From Candidatus Omnitrophota bacterium (GTDB taxonomy: Bacteria > Omnitrophota > Gorgyraeia > JABMRJ01), in the NCBI GenBank assembly GCA_016783555.1, contig JADHWH010000003.1, positions 1 through 58,999 of the forward strand: 58,999 nucleotides of DNA, given 5' to 3'. A model generated the notes under the pieces. The model was not told the origin of the DNA and ran no database searches. It saw nothing but the letters and a program-made list of their open reading frames with translations. This document shows positions 36,642-46,186 of this stretch, piece after piece (positions within the stretch are counted from its first letter, which is position 1; the number at the start of each line of letters is the position of its first letter). The translations under genes and the position numbers were made by a program.

Positions 36642-38666
36642 ATGGCAAAAAAATTAGTTATAGTCGAATCACCGGCCAAATCAAAGACTATAAACAAGTT
36701 CTTAGGGAAGGAGTACGTAGTCACATCAAGCATGGGCCATATAGTCGATCTTCCTAAGGGGCGCATGGGCATAGAGATAAAGAACGATTTCAAGCCGGAG
36801 TATGTCGTAATACCCGACCGCAAGAAGTATCTTACGAAGTTAAAGAAAGAGATTGAGGGCAAAACCGAGCTTTATCTTGCGCCTGACCCTGATAGAGAAG
36901 GAGAAGCAATAAGCTGGCACCTTTCCAATCTCTTAGGTAAGAAGAGAAAGGTATTCCGCGTCTCATTCAATGAGATAACCAAAGACGCGGTGTGCAGGGC
37001 ATTTAAGAATCCGAACCCCAGCATAGATATGAATAAGGTGCATGCCCAGCAGGCAAGGAGGCTTCTGGATCGTATAGTCGGTTATACATTGAGCCCCTTA
37101 TTGTGGAAGAAAGTGACCCGAGGCCTTAGCGCCGGCCGGGTACAATCGGTAGCGGTAAGGTTGATAGTTGAGAGGGAAAGGGCAATAAGGGCATTTGTGC
37201 CGCAGGAGTATTGGGAGATCGCGGCGCTCTTAAAGAAGGAAGAAGACGAGAGGCGGGCATTTACGGCAAAGCTGGAAAAGATTGACGATAAAAAGCCGGA
37301 AATTAAGACGGAAGATACCGCCAATAAGTTAGTAAGGGAAATAGAAAAAGAAGAATTCGTAGTATCCGATATAAAGGACTCGAAGAAGAAGAAGAAGGCT
37401 TCGCCGCCTTTTACTACGAGTGTCCTGCAGCAGGACGCGTTTAATAAGCTTCGCTTTCCTGTCAATAAGACTATGAGGATGGCGCAGCAGCTTTACGAGG
37501 GCATAGATTTAGAGAAGGATGAAAGCGTGGGTTTGATAACTTACATGAGGACTGATTCCGTGAGGATATCGGCTGACGGCCAGAAGGCGACACGCGAATA
37601 CATCCTTAAGAAGTACGGAAAAGAGTATTATCCCGCCAATCCTAATGTATATAAATCTAAAAAGAGCGCACAGGAGGCCCATGAGGCCATAAGGCCTACA
37701 CTGCCCCTAAGAGAACCCGAGAGCGTAAAGGGATTCTTAACAAGCGACCAATTTAGGCTTTATGAATTGATATGGAACAGATTCCTGGCAAGCCAGATGA
37801 GCCCTGCGCTTCTTTCTCTTACGCAGATAGACATCAAGGCCGGGAGATCTACATTTAGATCCAGCGGCACGAAAGTCATCTTCAAGGGTTTTATGGTTAT
37901 TTATAAAGCAGAGCCGAAAAAAGATACGGATGACCGCCGCAAGGATATATGGAAGATACCGGTTCTGGAAGTCGGCGAAAAACTCAACCTGATAAAGCTC
38001 ATGCCGAGCCAGCACTTTACAAAACCCCCGCCCAGGTATTCGGATGCGTCCTTGGTAAAGGACCTGGAGGAGAAGGGCATTGGAAGACCCTCCACATATG
38101 CCCCCATCATCTATACTATAATAATGAGAAACTACATGAAACGGGAGAAAGGATATCTTTACCCCACAGAATTGGGAGTGATAGTTAATGACCTTTTGAT
38201 AGCGCACTTTCCCAAGGTCCTTAATATAAAATTTACGGCTACTATGGAAGAGGAGCTCGACGATGTAGAGAACGGCCAGATTAAATGGACAAAGGTCTTA
38301 AAGGATTTTTATGAGCCGTTTTCCAAAAATTTAGAACTCGCAAAAACGGCCATGGAGTCCGTAAAGAAGAAAGCGATAAAGACCGATGAGGTATGCAAAG
38401 AGTGCGGCAGGCCCATGGTTATAAAATGGGGCAGGCGCGGAAAATTCTTAAGCTGCTCAGGATTTCCCGAGTGCAGGTATTCACGCTCCATAACTACGGG
38501 CGTTAAGTGTCTGAATGAAGGCTGCGACGGGGAGTTGATAGAGAGGCGGTCAAAAAAGAGGGGAATGCGCTTCTATGGCTGCAGCAATTACCCCAAGTGC
38601 ACCTATACGGCGAATAGACTGCCGGAAGAAAAAGATAAATCTCAAGGCCAGGATAGCCCGAAATAA
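36642..38666 (+). CDS. topA: DNA topoisomerase I
   Basis: Toprim N-terminus (LVIVESPAKSKTI), catalytic region (ITYMRTDS) and C-terminal Cys4 zinc ribbons. Confidence 0.96.
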   Translation: MAKKLVIVESPAKSKTINKFLGKEYVVTSSMGHIVDLPKGRMGIEIKNDFKPEYVVIPDRKKYLTKLKKEIEGKTELYLAPDPDREGEAISWHLSNLLGKKRKVFRVSFNEITKDAVCRAFKNPNPSIDMNKVHAQQARRLLDRIVGYTLSPLLWKKVTRGLSAGRVQSVAVRLIVERERAIRAFVPQEYWEIAALLKKEEDERRAFTAKLEKIDDKKPEIKTEDTANKLVREIEKEEFVVSDIKDSKKKKKASPPFTTSVLQQDAFNKLRFPVNKTMRMAQQLYEGIDLEKDESVGLITYMRTDSVRISADGQKATREYILKKYGKEYYPANPNVYKSKKSAQEAHEAIRPTLPLREPESVKGFLTSDQFRLYELIWNRFLASQMSPALLSLTQIDIKAGRSTFRSSGTKVIFKGFMVIYKAEPKKDTDDRRKDIWKIPVLEVGEKLNLIKLMPSQHFTKPPPRYSDASLVKDLEEKGIGRPSTYAPIIYTIIMRNYMKREKGYLYPTELGVIVNDLLIAHFPKVLNIKFTATMEEELDDVENGQIKWTKVLKDFYEPFSKNLELAKTAMESVKKKAIKTDEVCKECGRPMVIKWGRRGKFLSCSGFPECRYSRSITTGVKCLNEGCDGELIERRSKKRGMRFYGCSNYPKCTYTANRLPEEKDKSQGQDSPK

Positions 38667-38683
38667 ACCTGCCCTACAGGTTT
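38665..38683 (+). repeat. Half-copy of the GTAGGGCA-type palindrome, forming a small hairpin after topA
   Basis: AAACCTGCCCTACA (38665-38678) is identical to 19598-19611. Locally it folds as AAACCTG-CCCTA-CAGGTTT followed by T, so it could be a weak terminator. Confidence 0.5.
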
Positions 38684-38707
38684 TCAGCTGATAGCAGAAA
38701 GCTAATT

Positions 38708-39571
38708 ATGATGGATAGATATGTAGAAAAATTCATGAATTACCTAAAGATAGAAAAGGATGCCTCGCGGCATACAATAGTGAATTACACAGAGGATCTG
38801 AAGGGTTTTTCACATTTTTTGCAAAAAGTACCCCTGGAGGAGGTAGACTATTTAACCATAAGGAAGTTCCTTGCGACTCTGCGTTCAAAAGAATATGATA
38901 AGAGGACAATAGCCAGGAAGCTGTCGACATTAAGGTCTTTTTTTAAATTCTTATATAGAGAAGGCTATTTAAAGGTTAACCCCATGTCTACGGTATCTAC
39001 GCCGAAGATAGACAAAAAACTCCCCCGCTTTTTAGATGTGGCCAACGTTGTAAAACTTATTGAATCGCCTGATATGAAGGATAGTTGCGGATTGAGAGAC
39101 CGCGCCATAATGGAAATACTTTATAGTTCCGGAATGAGGGTAAGCGAGCTAGTCGGGCTCGATTGCGATGACGTCGATTTTATAGGCGGAGTGGCAAAGG
39201 TGATGGGTAAAGGCAAGAAAGAGCGCATCTGCCCCATCGGCGAAAAAGCGACAGGCGCTTTGAGAAATTACTTAAATAAGAAGACCGGGCATAATAGGGC
39301 ATTATTTTTGAATAAGTCCGGTGGTCGTCTCAGCGACAGGAGTGTCAGGCGTATAATCGATAAGCACATACGTAAGATCAGCTTAAGAGATAAGATATCT
39401 CCTCATACACTGCGCCATTCATTTGCGACGCATCTTTTAGATAGAGGAGCGGATCTGAGGAGTGTCCAGGAGCTTTTGGGCCACAAGAATCTTTCGACCA
39501 CCCAGATTTATACGCACATCACTCCCGAGAGACTAAAGTCCGTTTACGACAAGACACACCCGAGAGCATAA
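38708..39571 (+). CDS. xerC: Tyrosine recombinase XerC/XerD
   Basis: Phage-integrase SAM-like N-terminal domain and the catalytic RHSFATHLL...LGH...TQIYTH signature, 287 aa. Confidence 0.9.
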   Translation: MMDRYVEKFMNYLKIEKDASRHTIVNYTEDLKGFSHFLQKVPLEEVDYLTIRKFLATLRSKEYDKRTIARKLSTLRSFFKFLYREGYLKVNPMSTVSTPKIDKKLPRFLDVANVVKLIESPDMKDSCGLRDRAIMEILYSSGMRVSELVGLDCDDVDFIGGVAKVMGKGKKERICPIGEKATGALRNYLNKKTGHNRALFLNKSGGRLSDRSVRRIIDKHIRKISLRDKISPHTLRHSFATHLLDRGADLRSVQELLGHKNLSTTQIYTHITPERLKSVYDKTHPRA

Positions 39572-39587
39572 GCGTAGAAAAGGGTGC

Positions 39588-39720
39588 TAAACCCGAAGCA
39601 CGAAGCCCGAAATTCGAAACAAATTCGAAATTCGAATTTTCAAAACTTTTTGTTTTGGTCATTCGCGATTTCGGTAATTCGTATTTGTTTCGGATTTCGA
39701 TATTCGGATTTCGAATTTTA
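39588..39720. repeat. Heptad-periodic palindromic element, copy D (xerC to waaA)
   Basis: The termini are oriented as in copy A, but the core GTTTTGGTCATTCGCGATTTCGGTAATTCG is the reverse complement of the copy A core. Confidence 0.9.
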
Positions 39721-39722
39721 CT

Positions 39723-41015
39723 ATGACAATATTATACGATTTAATATTCGCGTTGTTCGCGATAGCATATCTTCCATATCTGGTCTTTACGGGAAGATGC
39801 CATAGGGACATTTTGCAGAGGTTCGGCCTATACCCCAAAGATATTATAGAGAATCTAAAGTGGAGAAAGGTAATCTGGGTCCATGCCGTAAGTGTTGGGG
39901 AGGTTATGGCCGCGCGGTGTTTCTGCGAGACCCTTCTTGAAAGGTACCCGCGGAAGAGATTGGTCATTTCAACTATTACGAAGACAGGGAACGATATAGC
40001 GAAGAAATTCTTCAGGGAGAGGGCAACCATTCTATATCTTCCCGTTGATATAAGCTTTGTCCTAAATAAGGTCTTTGGCAATATAGGACTTGAGTCTTTT
40101 ATTATCATTGAGACCGAACTCTGGCCTAATCTTATAACGGCGCTCGATAGAAAGGGCGTTCCGATAACGCTTATAAACGGAAGGATCTCCCCTAAGTCTT
40201 ACAGGCGGTACAGAAGAGTCAGGTTTTTGATAGAGGGATTGCTCCGAAAGATTACGCTCTTTTGCATGCAAAACGACGAGTACAAAGAGAGGATAATCGA
40301 TATGGGGGCACCCCATGAGAGGGTATCTGTTACGGGAAACATGAAGTTTGATACAGCCGGCCCGCCGGGCATAGTAGAAAAATTGAATATCGAAGCCCTA
40401 AGGGGCGATTTAGGCCTTGCCGAAGATGCGGAACTCTTTATCGCGGGTTCTACGCACAGACCCGAGGAGGAGATGATTATAAGGATTTACAAAGACTTAC
40501 TGGTCTCCTATCCCAGACTGAAGCTTTTGATCGCCCCACGTCATATAGAACGCGCTTCGGAGATAGAAGGGTTGATACGCAAATTTGATTTTAATCCGGT
40601 AAAGATGTCAAATATAACCAATGGCAGAAATTTAGCGGTAAGCGGCACAAAGGAGATCCTCGTTTTAGATATGATGGGCCGCCTAAGTCAGCTCTTTAGT
40701 CTGGCCACGTTGGTATTTATGGGCGGCAGTCTTATCGGCAGGGGCGGCCAGAATATACTGGAGCCCGCTGTATTCTCGAAACCGATCATATTCGGCCCAT
40801 ACATGTTTAATTTTAAGGATATTGCGGAATCTTTTCTGAAAGAGGATGCGGCCTGTATGGTAAGAGATGAAGATGAGCTCTTAAAGCTCTCCAGGCGCCT
40901 CTTGGAAGACTCCGGGAGACAAGCGGAGCTTGGCTTTCATGCGAGATCGCTCATCGAAAAGAATAGAGGGGCAACTAAAAGGAATATAGAAAGCATAGCT
41001 AATATATTGACATGA
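39723..41015 (+). CDS. waaA: 3-deoxy-D-manno-octulosonic acid (Kdo) transferase
   Basis: IWVHAVSVGEV motif, ~430 aa GT30 architecture, followed by lpxK. Confidence 0.92.
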   Translation: MTILYDLIFALFAIAYLPYLVFTGRCHRDILQRFGLYPKDIIENLKWRKVIWVHAVSVGEVMAARCFCETLLERYPRKRLVISTITKTGNDIAKKFFRERATILYLPVDISFVLNKVFGNIGLESFIIIETELWPNLITALDRKGVPITLINGRISPKSYRRYRRVRFLIEGLLRKITLFCMQNDEYKERIIDMGAPHERVSVTGNMKFDTAGPPGIVEKLNIEALRGDLGLAEDAELFIAGSTHRPEEEMIIRIYKDLLVSYPRLKLLIAPRHIERASEIEGLIRKFDFNPVKMSNITNGRNLAVSGTKEILVLDMMGRLSQLFSLATLVFMGGSLIGRGGQNILEPAVFSKPIIFGPYMFNFKDIAESFLKEDAACMVRDEDELLKLSRRLLEDSGRQAELGFHARSLIEKNRGATKRNIESIANILT

Positions 41016-42046
41016 GAGAATACATATATTCATTAATGACTGATAGAAGAGAAGGTCTCATCGCCGCCCTGATGAAAGTGCTGCTTTCCATAGCCTCGCT
41101 CTTTTACGGCCTTTCTGTCAGATTTATTCGTTTTATAAATAGGCGGACCGCAAAGAGTCTGCCTTGCAAGGTAGTGAGTATAGGCAATCTTACATTGGGC
41201 GGAACAGGCAAGACTCCTACCGCCTGCATGGTGGCAAAATTTTTAAAGAGTGAAGGGAAGAACCCCTGCGTGCTTATAAGGGGATACGGTGAGGATGAAT
41301 GGAAGATGCTTGAATCACTATTGGGAGATATACCTGTTGTGGTGGGAAGGGACAGGGTATCAAGCGGCAGTAAGGCATGTTCTGAATATAATGCCGATAC
41401 GGTGGTTCTGGATGACGGATTCCAGCACTGGCGCCTGAAGAGGGACCTTAACATAGTATTGGTAGATTCGACTAACCCCTTTGGGAATAGACGGCTCTTT
41501 CCGAGGGGTCTCTTGAGAGAAGAGATAGACGGTTTGAGAAGAGCTGATATTATAATGCTGACAAAGACAGATATGGGCAGTCGAAATCTCGGATATATAA
41601 AAGAGGAATTAAAGAAGAGAACTCCCGATATATCCATTTTGGAATCGGTCCATAGCCCTACAGAGATTTATAATCTATATGGCAGAAAGGCGTTGGGGCT
41701 ATCCGCCCTGAAGGAGAGAGATATATGCGTCCTATCCAGCATTGTTAATACCGAATACTTTGAGTATACGTTAAAGAATTTAGGGGCAAATATATCCGCG
41801 AGATTCCATTACCCCGATCATTACGATTACAAAAAGAGCGATTTGGAAGATATAATAAAGGAATGTAAAAAATCCGGCATAAATACGATTGTAACGACTG
41901 AAAAGGACGCTGTAAAACTATACGCTAAACGCTATATGCTGAACGCTAAACACGAGATGCAAATACTTGTATTACACATAGAAACAAAGGTGACGAATGG
42001 CGCAGACGCGCTTTACAAAAGATTACGCAGTCTATATCGGAGTTAG
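41012..42046 (+). CDS. lpxK: Tetraacyldisaccharide 4'-kinase
   Basis: VVSIGNLTLGGTGKTP P-loop and LDDGFQH motif. Confidence 0.93.
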   Translation: MREYIYSLMTDRREGLIAALMKVLLSIASLFYGLSVRFIRFINRRTAKSLPCKVVSIGNLTLGGTGKTPTACMVAKFLKSEGKNPCVLIRGYGEDEWKMLESLLGDIPVVVGRDRVSSGSKACSEYNADTVVLDDGFQHWRLKRDLNIVLVDSTNPFGNRRLFPRGLLREEIDGLRRADIIMLTKTDMGSRNLGYIKEELKKRTPDISILESVHSPTEIYNLYGRKALGLSALKERDICVLSSIVNTEYFEYTLKNLGANISARFHYPDHYDYKKSDLEDIIKECKKSGINTIVTTEKDAVKLYAKRYMLNAKHEMQILVLHIETKVTNGADALYKRLRSLYRS

Positions 42047-43955
42047 GATAGTAAGTTTCATCGTATCCTCTCTGCCGTTAAGTCTTGCGCTGTGGACAGG
42101 AAGGGTGTTAGGCCTTTTTATGTACCACTTCCACCCTAAGCGAAAGAGAATCGCGTATGCCAATCTCAAGGCCGCCTTCTCCAAAGAGAAAGAACCTTGT
42201 GAATTAAAATCTATACTCAGGCGCACCTACCAGAATTACGGGCAGAATATTATAGAGATGTTAAGGATACCCAGGGTCGACAGCGATTACCTGAAGAGAT
42301 TTATTACACTCGCAGGCCGCGCGAATTTCGACGAGGCAGAGGCCAAAAAAAGAGGCATAATCCTTCTTACGAGCCACTTCGGAAACTGGGAACTCGCAAG
42401 CCTTAAGAGCGCCGTGGAGGGCTATCCTATTTATGTCTTGGCCAGGCCCCAGAATTTAGAGAGGTTAAATAATCTCCTTAACAGCTATAGAGAGAAGCTG
42501 GGGTGTAGGGTGATAAACAGGGGGATGCCCTCAAGAGAGATGATAAGGGCCTTGAGGGATAATAAGATAGTCGGGATACTGGCCGACCAGGATGTAGGAA
42601 AATCCGGCATATTTATAAATCTTCTGGGAAGGCCTGCGTCACATGCGATAGGCCCGGCGAGACTGGCCAGGGATACAAATGCTTTAATATTGCCTATCTT
42701 CATAGTGAGGGAAAAAGGGCCAAAGCATCTTCTCTATATTGAGGAGCCTTTCGCCGTTTCGAATACGCCCGACCGCAACGCCGATATCAAGGAGGCGTTA
42801 GAGAAGCACGCTGGGACATTGGAGTCCTATATTAAGCGCTACCCGGATCAGTGGATGTGGGTATATACGAGATGGAAATCGACTCCCAAAAGGAGAATAG
42901 TAATATTAAGCGACGGAAAGCCCGGCCATTTGAATCAGTCATTGGCGGCGTTTAATATTATTAAAAGATGCAGGCGGGATTCGGGATGTAGAGACGAGGA
43001 TACGTCTCTTGAGATAATAGATGTTAAGTTTAAGAACCGTATATCGAGAATCGCCCTTTGGGTCTCTTCGCTCTTTGCCTCGCACGCCTGCCAGGGGTGC
43101 GCCATGCGCTTTAAGTTTGCCATGAGGGAAGATTCCTACAATCGCCTTACTAAGACTTATGCGGATATCGTAATATCCTGCGGCTCATCGCTTGGCGCCG
43201 TAAATATATTCCTATCGAAAGAGAATAACGCGAAGAATGTTATCATAATGAAGCCCGGTATCGGGACCTTAAAAGATTTTGATGTAGCTATAATACCGGC
43301 ACATGACAGGCCGAAGGAGGCCGATAACGTCGTAGTCACCGAAGGTTCCCCCACGCTTATAGATTCAAAGACGATGGAAGACGGCGCAAGAAATATCCGC
43401 CATGTCGCGAATCTTACAGAAAGAAAAAGACTCGGACTTCTCATAGGAGGGGATAACCCGGAGTATAGCCTCAGCGCCTGGTTAGCGGGCGAACTTATAA
43501 AACAAGTCACGGGTTTGATTGAGGAAAGAGATATGGAGCTTCTTGTGACCACTTCGAGGCGTACGCCGAAGAAGATCGAGGAGATGCTAAAGACCGGCTT
43601 AAGGCGCAACCCCCGCTGCAAACTCTTGATAATAGCCAATGAAAAGAATATAGATAACGCCGTAGGGGGCATATTAAATTTGAGCGAGATTGTATTGGTA
43701 TCTGCGGAGAGCATCTCTATGGTATCGGAGGCGGCATCATCAGGCAAAAAGACTATAGTCTTCGACCTCGAGACAAAGAGGCCTTCTTTTAAGCACGATT
43801 ATGCCATAGAGAGGCTCGCTTCGGAGAATTATATAACGCGAACCCCTGTCAGTAGGATTAGGAATACAGTTTTGGATTTATCAAACAAGGGAGATTCTGT
43901 AAAGAGACTCGATAATACCGAAAGGATGTATAAGAAATTATATAGGATTATTTAG
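41997..43955 (+). CDS. Fusion: lipid A late acyltransferase (LpxL/HtrB family) plus ELM1/DUF1022 (GtrOC1-like, GT-B-like) domain
   Basis: The N-terminal ~300 aa carry SHFGNWEL and ILADQD acyltransferase motifs. The C-terminal ~350 aa start with RIVILSDGKPGHLNQSLAA, typical of ELM1/DUF1022 proteins. Confidence 0.78.
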   Translation: MAQTRFTKDYAVYIGVRIVSFIVSSLPLSLALWTGRVLGLFMYHFHPKRKRIAYANLKAAFSKEKEPCELKSILRRTYQNYGQNIIEMLRIPRVDSDYLKRFITLAGRANFDEAEAKKRGIILLTSHFGNWELASLKSAVEGYPIYVLARPQNLERLNNLLNSYREKLGCRVINRGMPSREMIRALRDNKIVGILADQDVGKSGIFINLLGRPASHAIGPARLARDTNALILPIFIVREKGPKHLLYIEEPFAVSNTPDRNADIKEALEKHAGTLESYIKRYPDQWMWVYTRWKSTPKRRIVILSDGKPGHLNQSLAAFNIIKRCRRDSGCRDEDTSLEIIDVKFKNRISRIALWVSSLFASHACQGCAMRFKFAMREDSYNRLTKTYADIVISCGSSLGAVNIFLSKENNAKNVIIMKPGIGTLKDFDVAIIPAHDRPKEADNVVVTEGSPTLIDSKTMEDGARNIRHVANLTERKRLGLLIGGDNPEYSLSAWLAGELIKQVTGLIEERDMELLVTTSRRTPKKIEEMLKTGLRRNPRCKLLIIANEKNIDNAVGGILNLSEIVLVSAESISMVSEAASSGKKTIVFDLETKRPSFKHDYAIERLASENYITRTPVSRIRNTVLDLSNKGDSVKRLDNTERMYKKLYRII

Positions 43956-44005
43956 TCGTTAATATTCGCCCAGACGAAACTAACGACTAAATACTAACGA
44001 CTAAA
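43951..44005. repeat. TAGTCGTTA / TAACGACTA palindromic repeat, locus 1
   Basis: TTTAGTCGTTA-ATATTCGCCCAGACGAAAC-TAACGACTAAA-TAC-TAACGACTAAAC. Confidence 0.8.
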
Positions 44006-44006
44006 C

Positions 44007-46145
44007 ATGAACGTACTGCAGATCTTACCGGAATTAAATATCGGCGGAGTAGAAAGGGGCACAGTAGACCTCGCAAGATACCTTATGGCCAATGATCATA
44101 AGGCGGTGGTGGTCTCCGGCGGCGGCAGGCTTGTCAGGGAGCTGGATATGATAGGCGCAAGACACTATCGCCTGCCGGTAGGCAAGAAGTCCCTTATTAC
44201 CATGGCTGGAATGGTCGGCAAGCTCTGCGAGATAATAAAGAGGGAGAACATAGATATCGTTCATGCCCGCAGCAGGGTACCCGGCTGGATAGCCTTCTTT
44301 GCCTGTAAGATTACAAAGAGGCCTTTTATTACGACCGCGCACGGATACTATAAGAATATCTTCACAAGCCAGGTGATGGGCTGGTCCAAATTCGTTATCG
44401 CCGCCTCACACGTAATAGCAAGGCATATGATAGACGGTTTTAAGATTCCCCGCTCAAAGATAAAGTTTATACCGCGCGGTGTGGATCTCAATCGATTCGA
44501 GTTTGGCGAACCGAAAGAAAAAAGGATTAAAAAGAGGGATCTGCCGGGCCTTGCGAGGGACGGCGGCTTTACCGTCGGAGTCATATCGAGATTAACCCCG
44601 ATAAAAGGGCATATATACTTAATAAAGGCGTTGTCTGTAGTATCGAGGATGGTGCCCAAACTTAAATTGCTTATAGTAGGCGAGCCTTCCCCGGGAAAAG
44701 AAGGGTATAAGAGGGAGCTCGAGCTTTTGGTAAGGAGGTTAGGGCTTTCCCAGGTTGTAGAGTTTACGGGATGGAAAGAAGACATACCGGAAGTAATGTC
44801 ACAATTGGATCTCTTGGTACTGCCCAGTGTAACACAGGAGGCGTTCGGCAGAGTCATTATTGAGGCCCAGGCCTGCGGCGTACCTGTTGTAGCGACAAGG
44901 ATAGGCGGCATAGTCGATCTTATAGAGGACGGCGTAAATGGCCTGCTTGTAACGCCTGAAGATATACAGGCGCTTACAGAGTCGATGTTGAAGATCTATA
45001 AAGATCCCGAGTCTGCCCAGAGATTGGCCGTTGAGGCAAGGAGGAATGTCGAAGAGAAATTTTCATTAGATAAGATGGCGCAGAGGACAGTTGATTTGTA
45101 TAAAGAGACAATCGAGTCTCGTAATATACTGGTAATAAAAGTGAGCGCCTTAGGCGATGTAATACTCTCCATGCCTTCGCTTGGCGCTATAAGGTCTAAA
45201 TACCCCAATGCCACAATAAAGGTATTGGTAGGATTGGAATCGCGCCAGGTCTTTAAAGGATGCCCGTATATTGATGAGGTAATAGTCTGCGATTTTAAAG
45301 GCAGGGATAGATCTATGAAGAGTCTTTGGAGATTGGGGGCCCTGTTGAGGAATTCAAACTTTGATATGGTGATAGACCTTCAGAATAACCGGAGGAGCCA
45401 CATACTCGCATTCTTAAGTCTCGCCCCGCTCAGGTTCGGTTACTCAAACGGCAAGCTTTCATTTTTATTGAATAAAAAGGTTGAAGGCCCGAAGGACTAT
45501 ATCGATCCGGTCAGCCATCAGTTCAGGACTTTAAATTTAGCGGGGATAAAGTCAGATAATAAGAGACTAAAGCTATGGCCTCAGGAAGAGGAAGAAGAAT
45601 GGGCCGAGGGTTTTATAAAGGCCAATTGGGTAAATTTATCCAAACAGCGCCTTATCGGCATAAGCCCCAGGGCGAGCAGGCGCTGGTCGAGCAAGAATTG
45701 GCCGGTTCAGAATGTCGCTCTTCTATGCGATGAGCTTGCCCGGAGATTCAATACAAGGGTTGTTATAACCGGCACCAAAGATGACATAAGAGAGGCCCAT
45801 TCTATAAGGTCTATGGCAAAGAGTAAACCTATAATAGCGGCAGGGAAGACCGATATATTGCAATTAGCGGCCTTAATAAAGAGGTGTTCGATATTTATCA
45901 CAACCGACAGCGCTGCTATGCATATAGCGTCCTGCGTAAAGACGCCTTTTATAGCGCTATTCGGGCCTACAGAGCACGAGAGGCACGCGCCTGTATCTGC
46001 GGAGTATACTGTAATCGCCAAGGAACTGAAGTGCAGGCCGTGTTATCGGCCGACGTGCGGCAAGGGCTATAAATGTATGAAGAAGATCAGTGTTGAAGAC
46101 GTCATGAACGCTGTTGAGAGGTATCTGGGATATGAACCCCGTTAG
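44007..46145 (+). CDS. Fusion: GT4 glycosyltransferase plus GT9 (heptosyltransferase-family) domain, copy 1
   Basis: The N-terminal half has the GT4 E-x7-E region (EAFGRVIIEAQACGVPVVATRIGG). The C-terminal half has the GT9 signatures ILVIKVSALGDV and DSAAMHIA...LFGPT. Confidence 0.85.
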   Translation: MNVLQILPELNIGGVERGTVDLARYLMANDHKAVVVSGGGRLVRELDMIGARHYRLPVGKKSLITMAGMVGKLCEIIKRENIDIVHARSRVPGWIAFFACKITKRPFITTAHGYYKNIFTSQVMGWSKFVIAASHVIARHMIDGFKIPRSKIKFIPRGVDLNRFEFGEPKEKRIKKRDLPGLARDGGFTVGVISRLTPIKGHIYLIKALSVVSRMVPKLKLLIVGEPSPGKEGYKRELELLVRRLGLSQVVEFTGWKEDIPEVMSQLDLLVLPSVTQEAFGRVIIEAQACGVPVVATRIGGIVDLIEDGVNGLLVTPEDIQALTESMLKIYKDPESAQRLAVEARRNVEEKFSLDKMAQRTVDLYKETIESRNILVIKVSALGDVILSMPSLGAIRSKYPNATIKVLVGLESRQVFKGCPYIDEVIVCDFKGRDRSMKSLWRLGALLRNSNFDMVIDLQNNRRSHILAFLSLAPLRFGYSNGKLSFLLNKKVEGPKDYIDPVSHQFRTLNLAGIKSDNKRLKLWPQEEEEEWAEGFIKANWVNLSKQRLIGISPRASRRWSSKNWPVQNVALLCDELARRFNTRVVITGTKDDIREAHSIRSMAKSKPIIAAGKTDILQLAALIKRCSIFITTDSAAMHIASCVKTPFIALFGPTEHERHAPVSAEYTVIAKELKCRPCYRPTCGKGYKCMKKISVEDVMNAVERYLGYEPR

Positions 46146-46186
46146 ACCTTATAGGTCTAACGGGGATGAGGAGGTCTAACGAGGTG
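46133..46186 (+). repeat. Stop-to-start palindromic element, copy 3 (GT4::GT9 #1 > #2)
   Basis: TGAACCCCGTTAGACC-TTATA-GGTCTAACGGGG-ATGAG-GAGGTCTAACGAGG-TG. The upstream ORF here stops at the internal TAG (46143-46145). Confidence 0.88.

Noticed and set aside
38708-39571. A tyrosine recombinase next to repeats as the marker of an integrated mobile element or genomic island.
   Set aside because: Its sequence and size fit chromosomal XerC/XerD (RHSFATHLL..LGH..TQIYTH, 287 aa). It sits after topA and dprA, a common housekeeping context. The neighbouring genes are core LPS genes, and there is no tRNA attachment site, phage gene or plasmid gene.
39584-39805. ORF-track entries that translate repeats or spacers: 39584-39805, 26739-26933, the N-terminal 33 codons of 34690-35295, the N-terminal 27 codons of 19569-20342, and 33487 and 49324 as starts.
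   Set aside because: The peptides (NPKHEARNSKQIRNSNFQNF..., MSKTLSFGHLDFGNLKIVSDFDIRISNL...) are direct read-outs of the palindromic elements and lack SDs. Downstream in-frame starts reproduce the canonical N-termini of AroK, TsaB, AroC and GT9, each with a proper SD or stop-start overlap.
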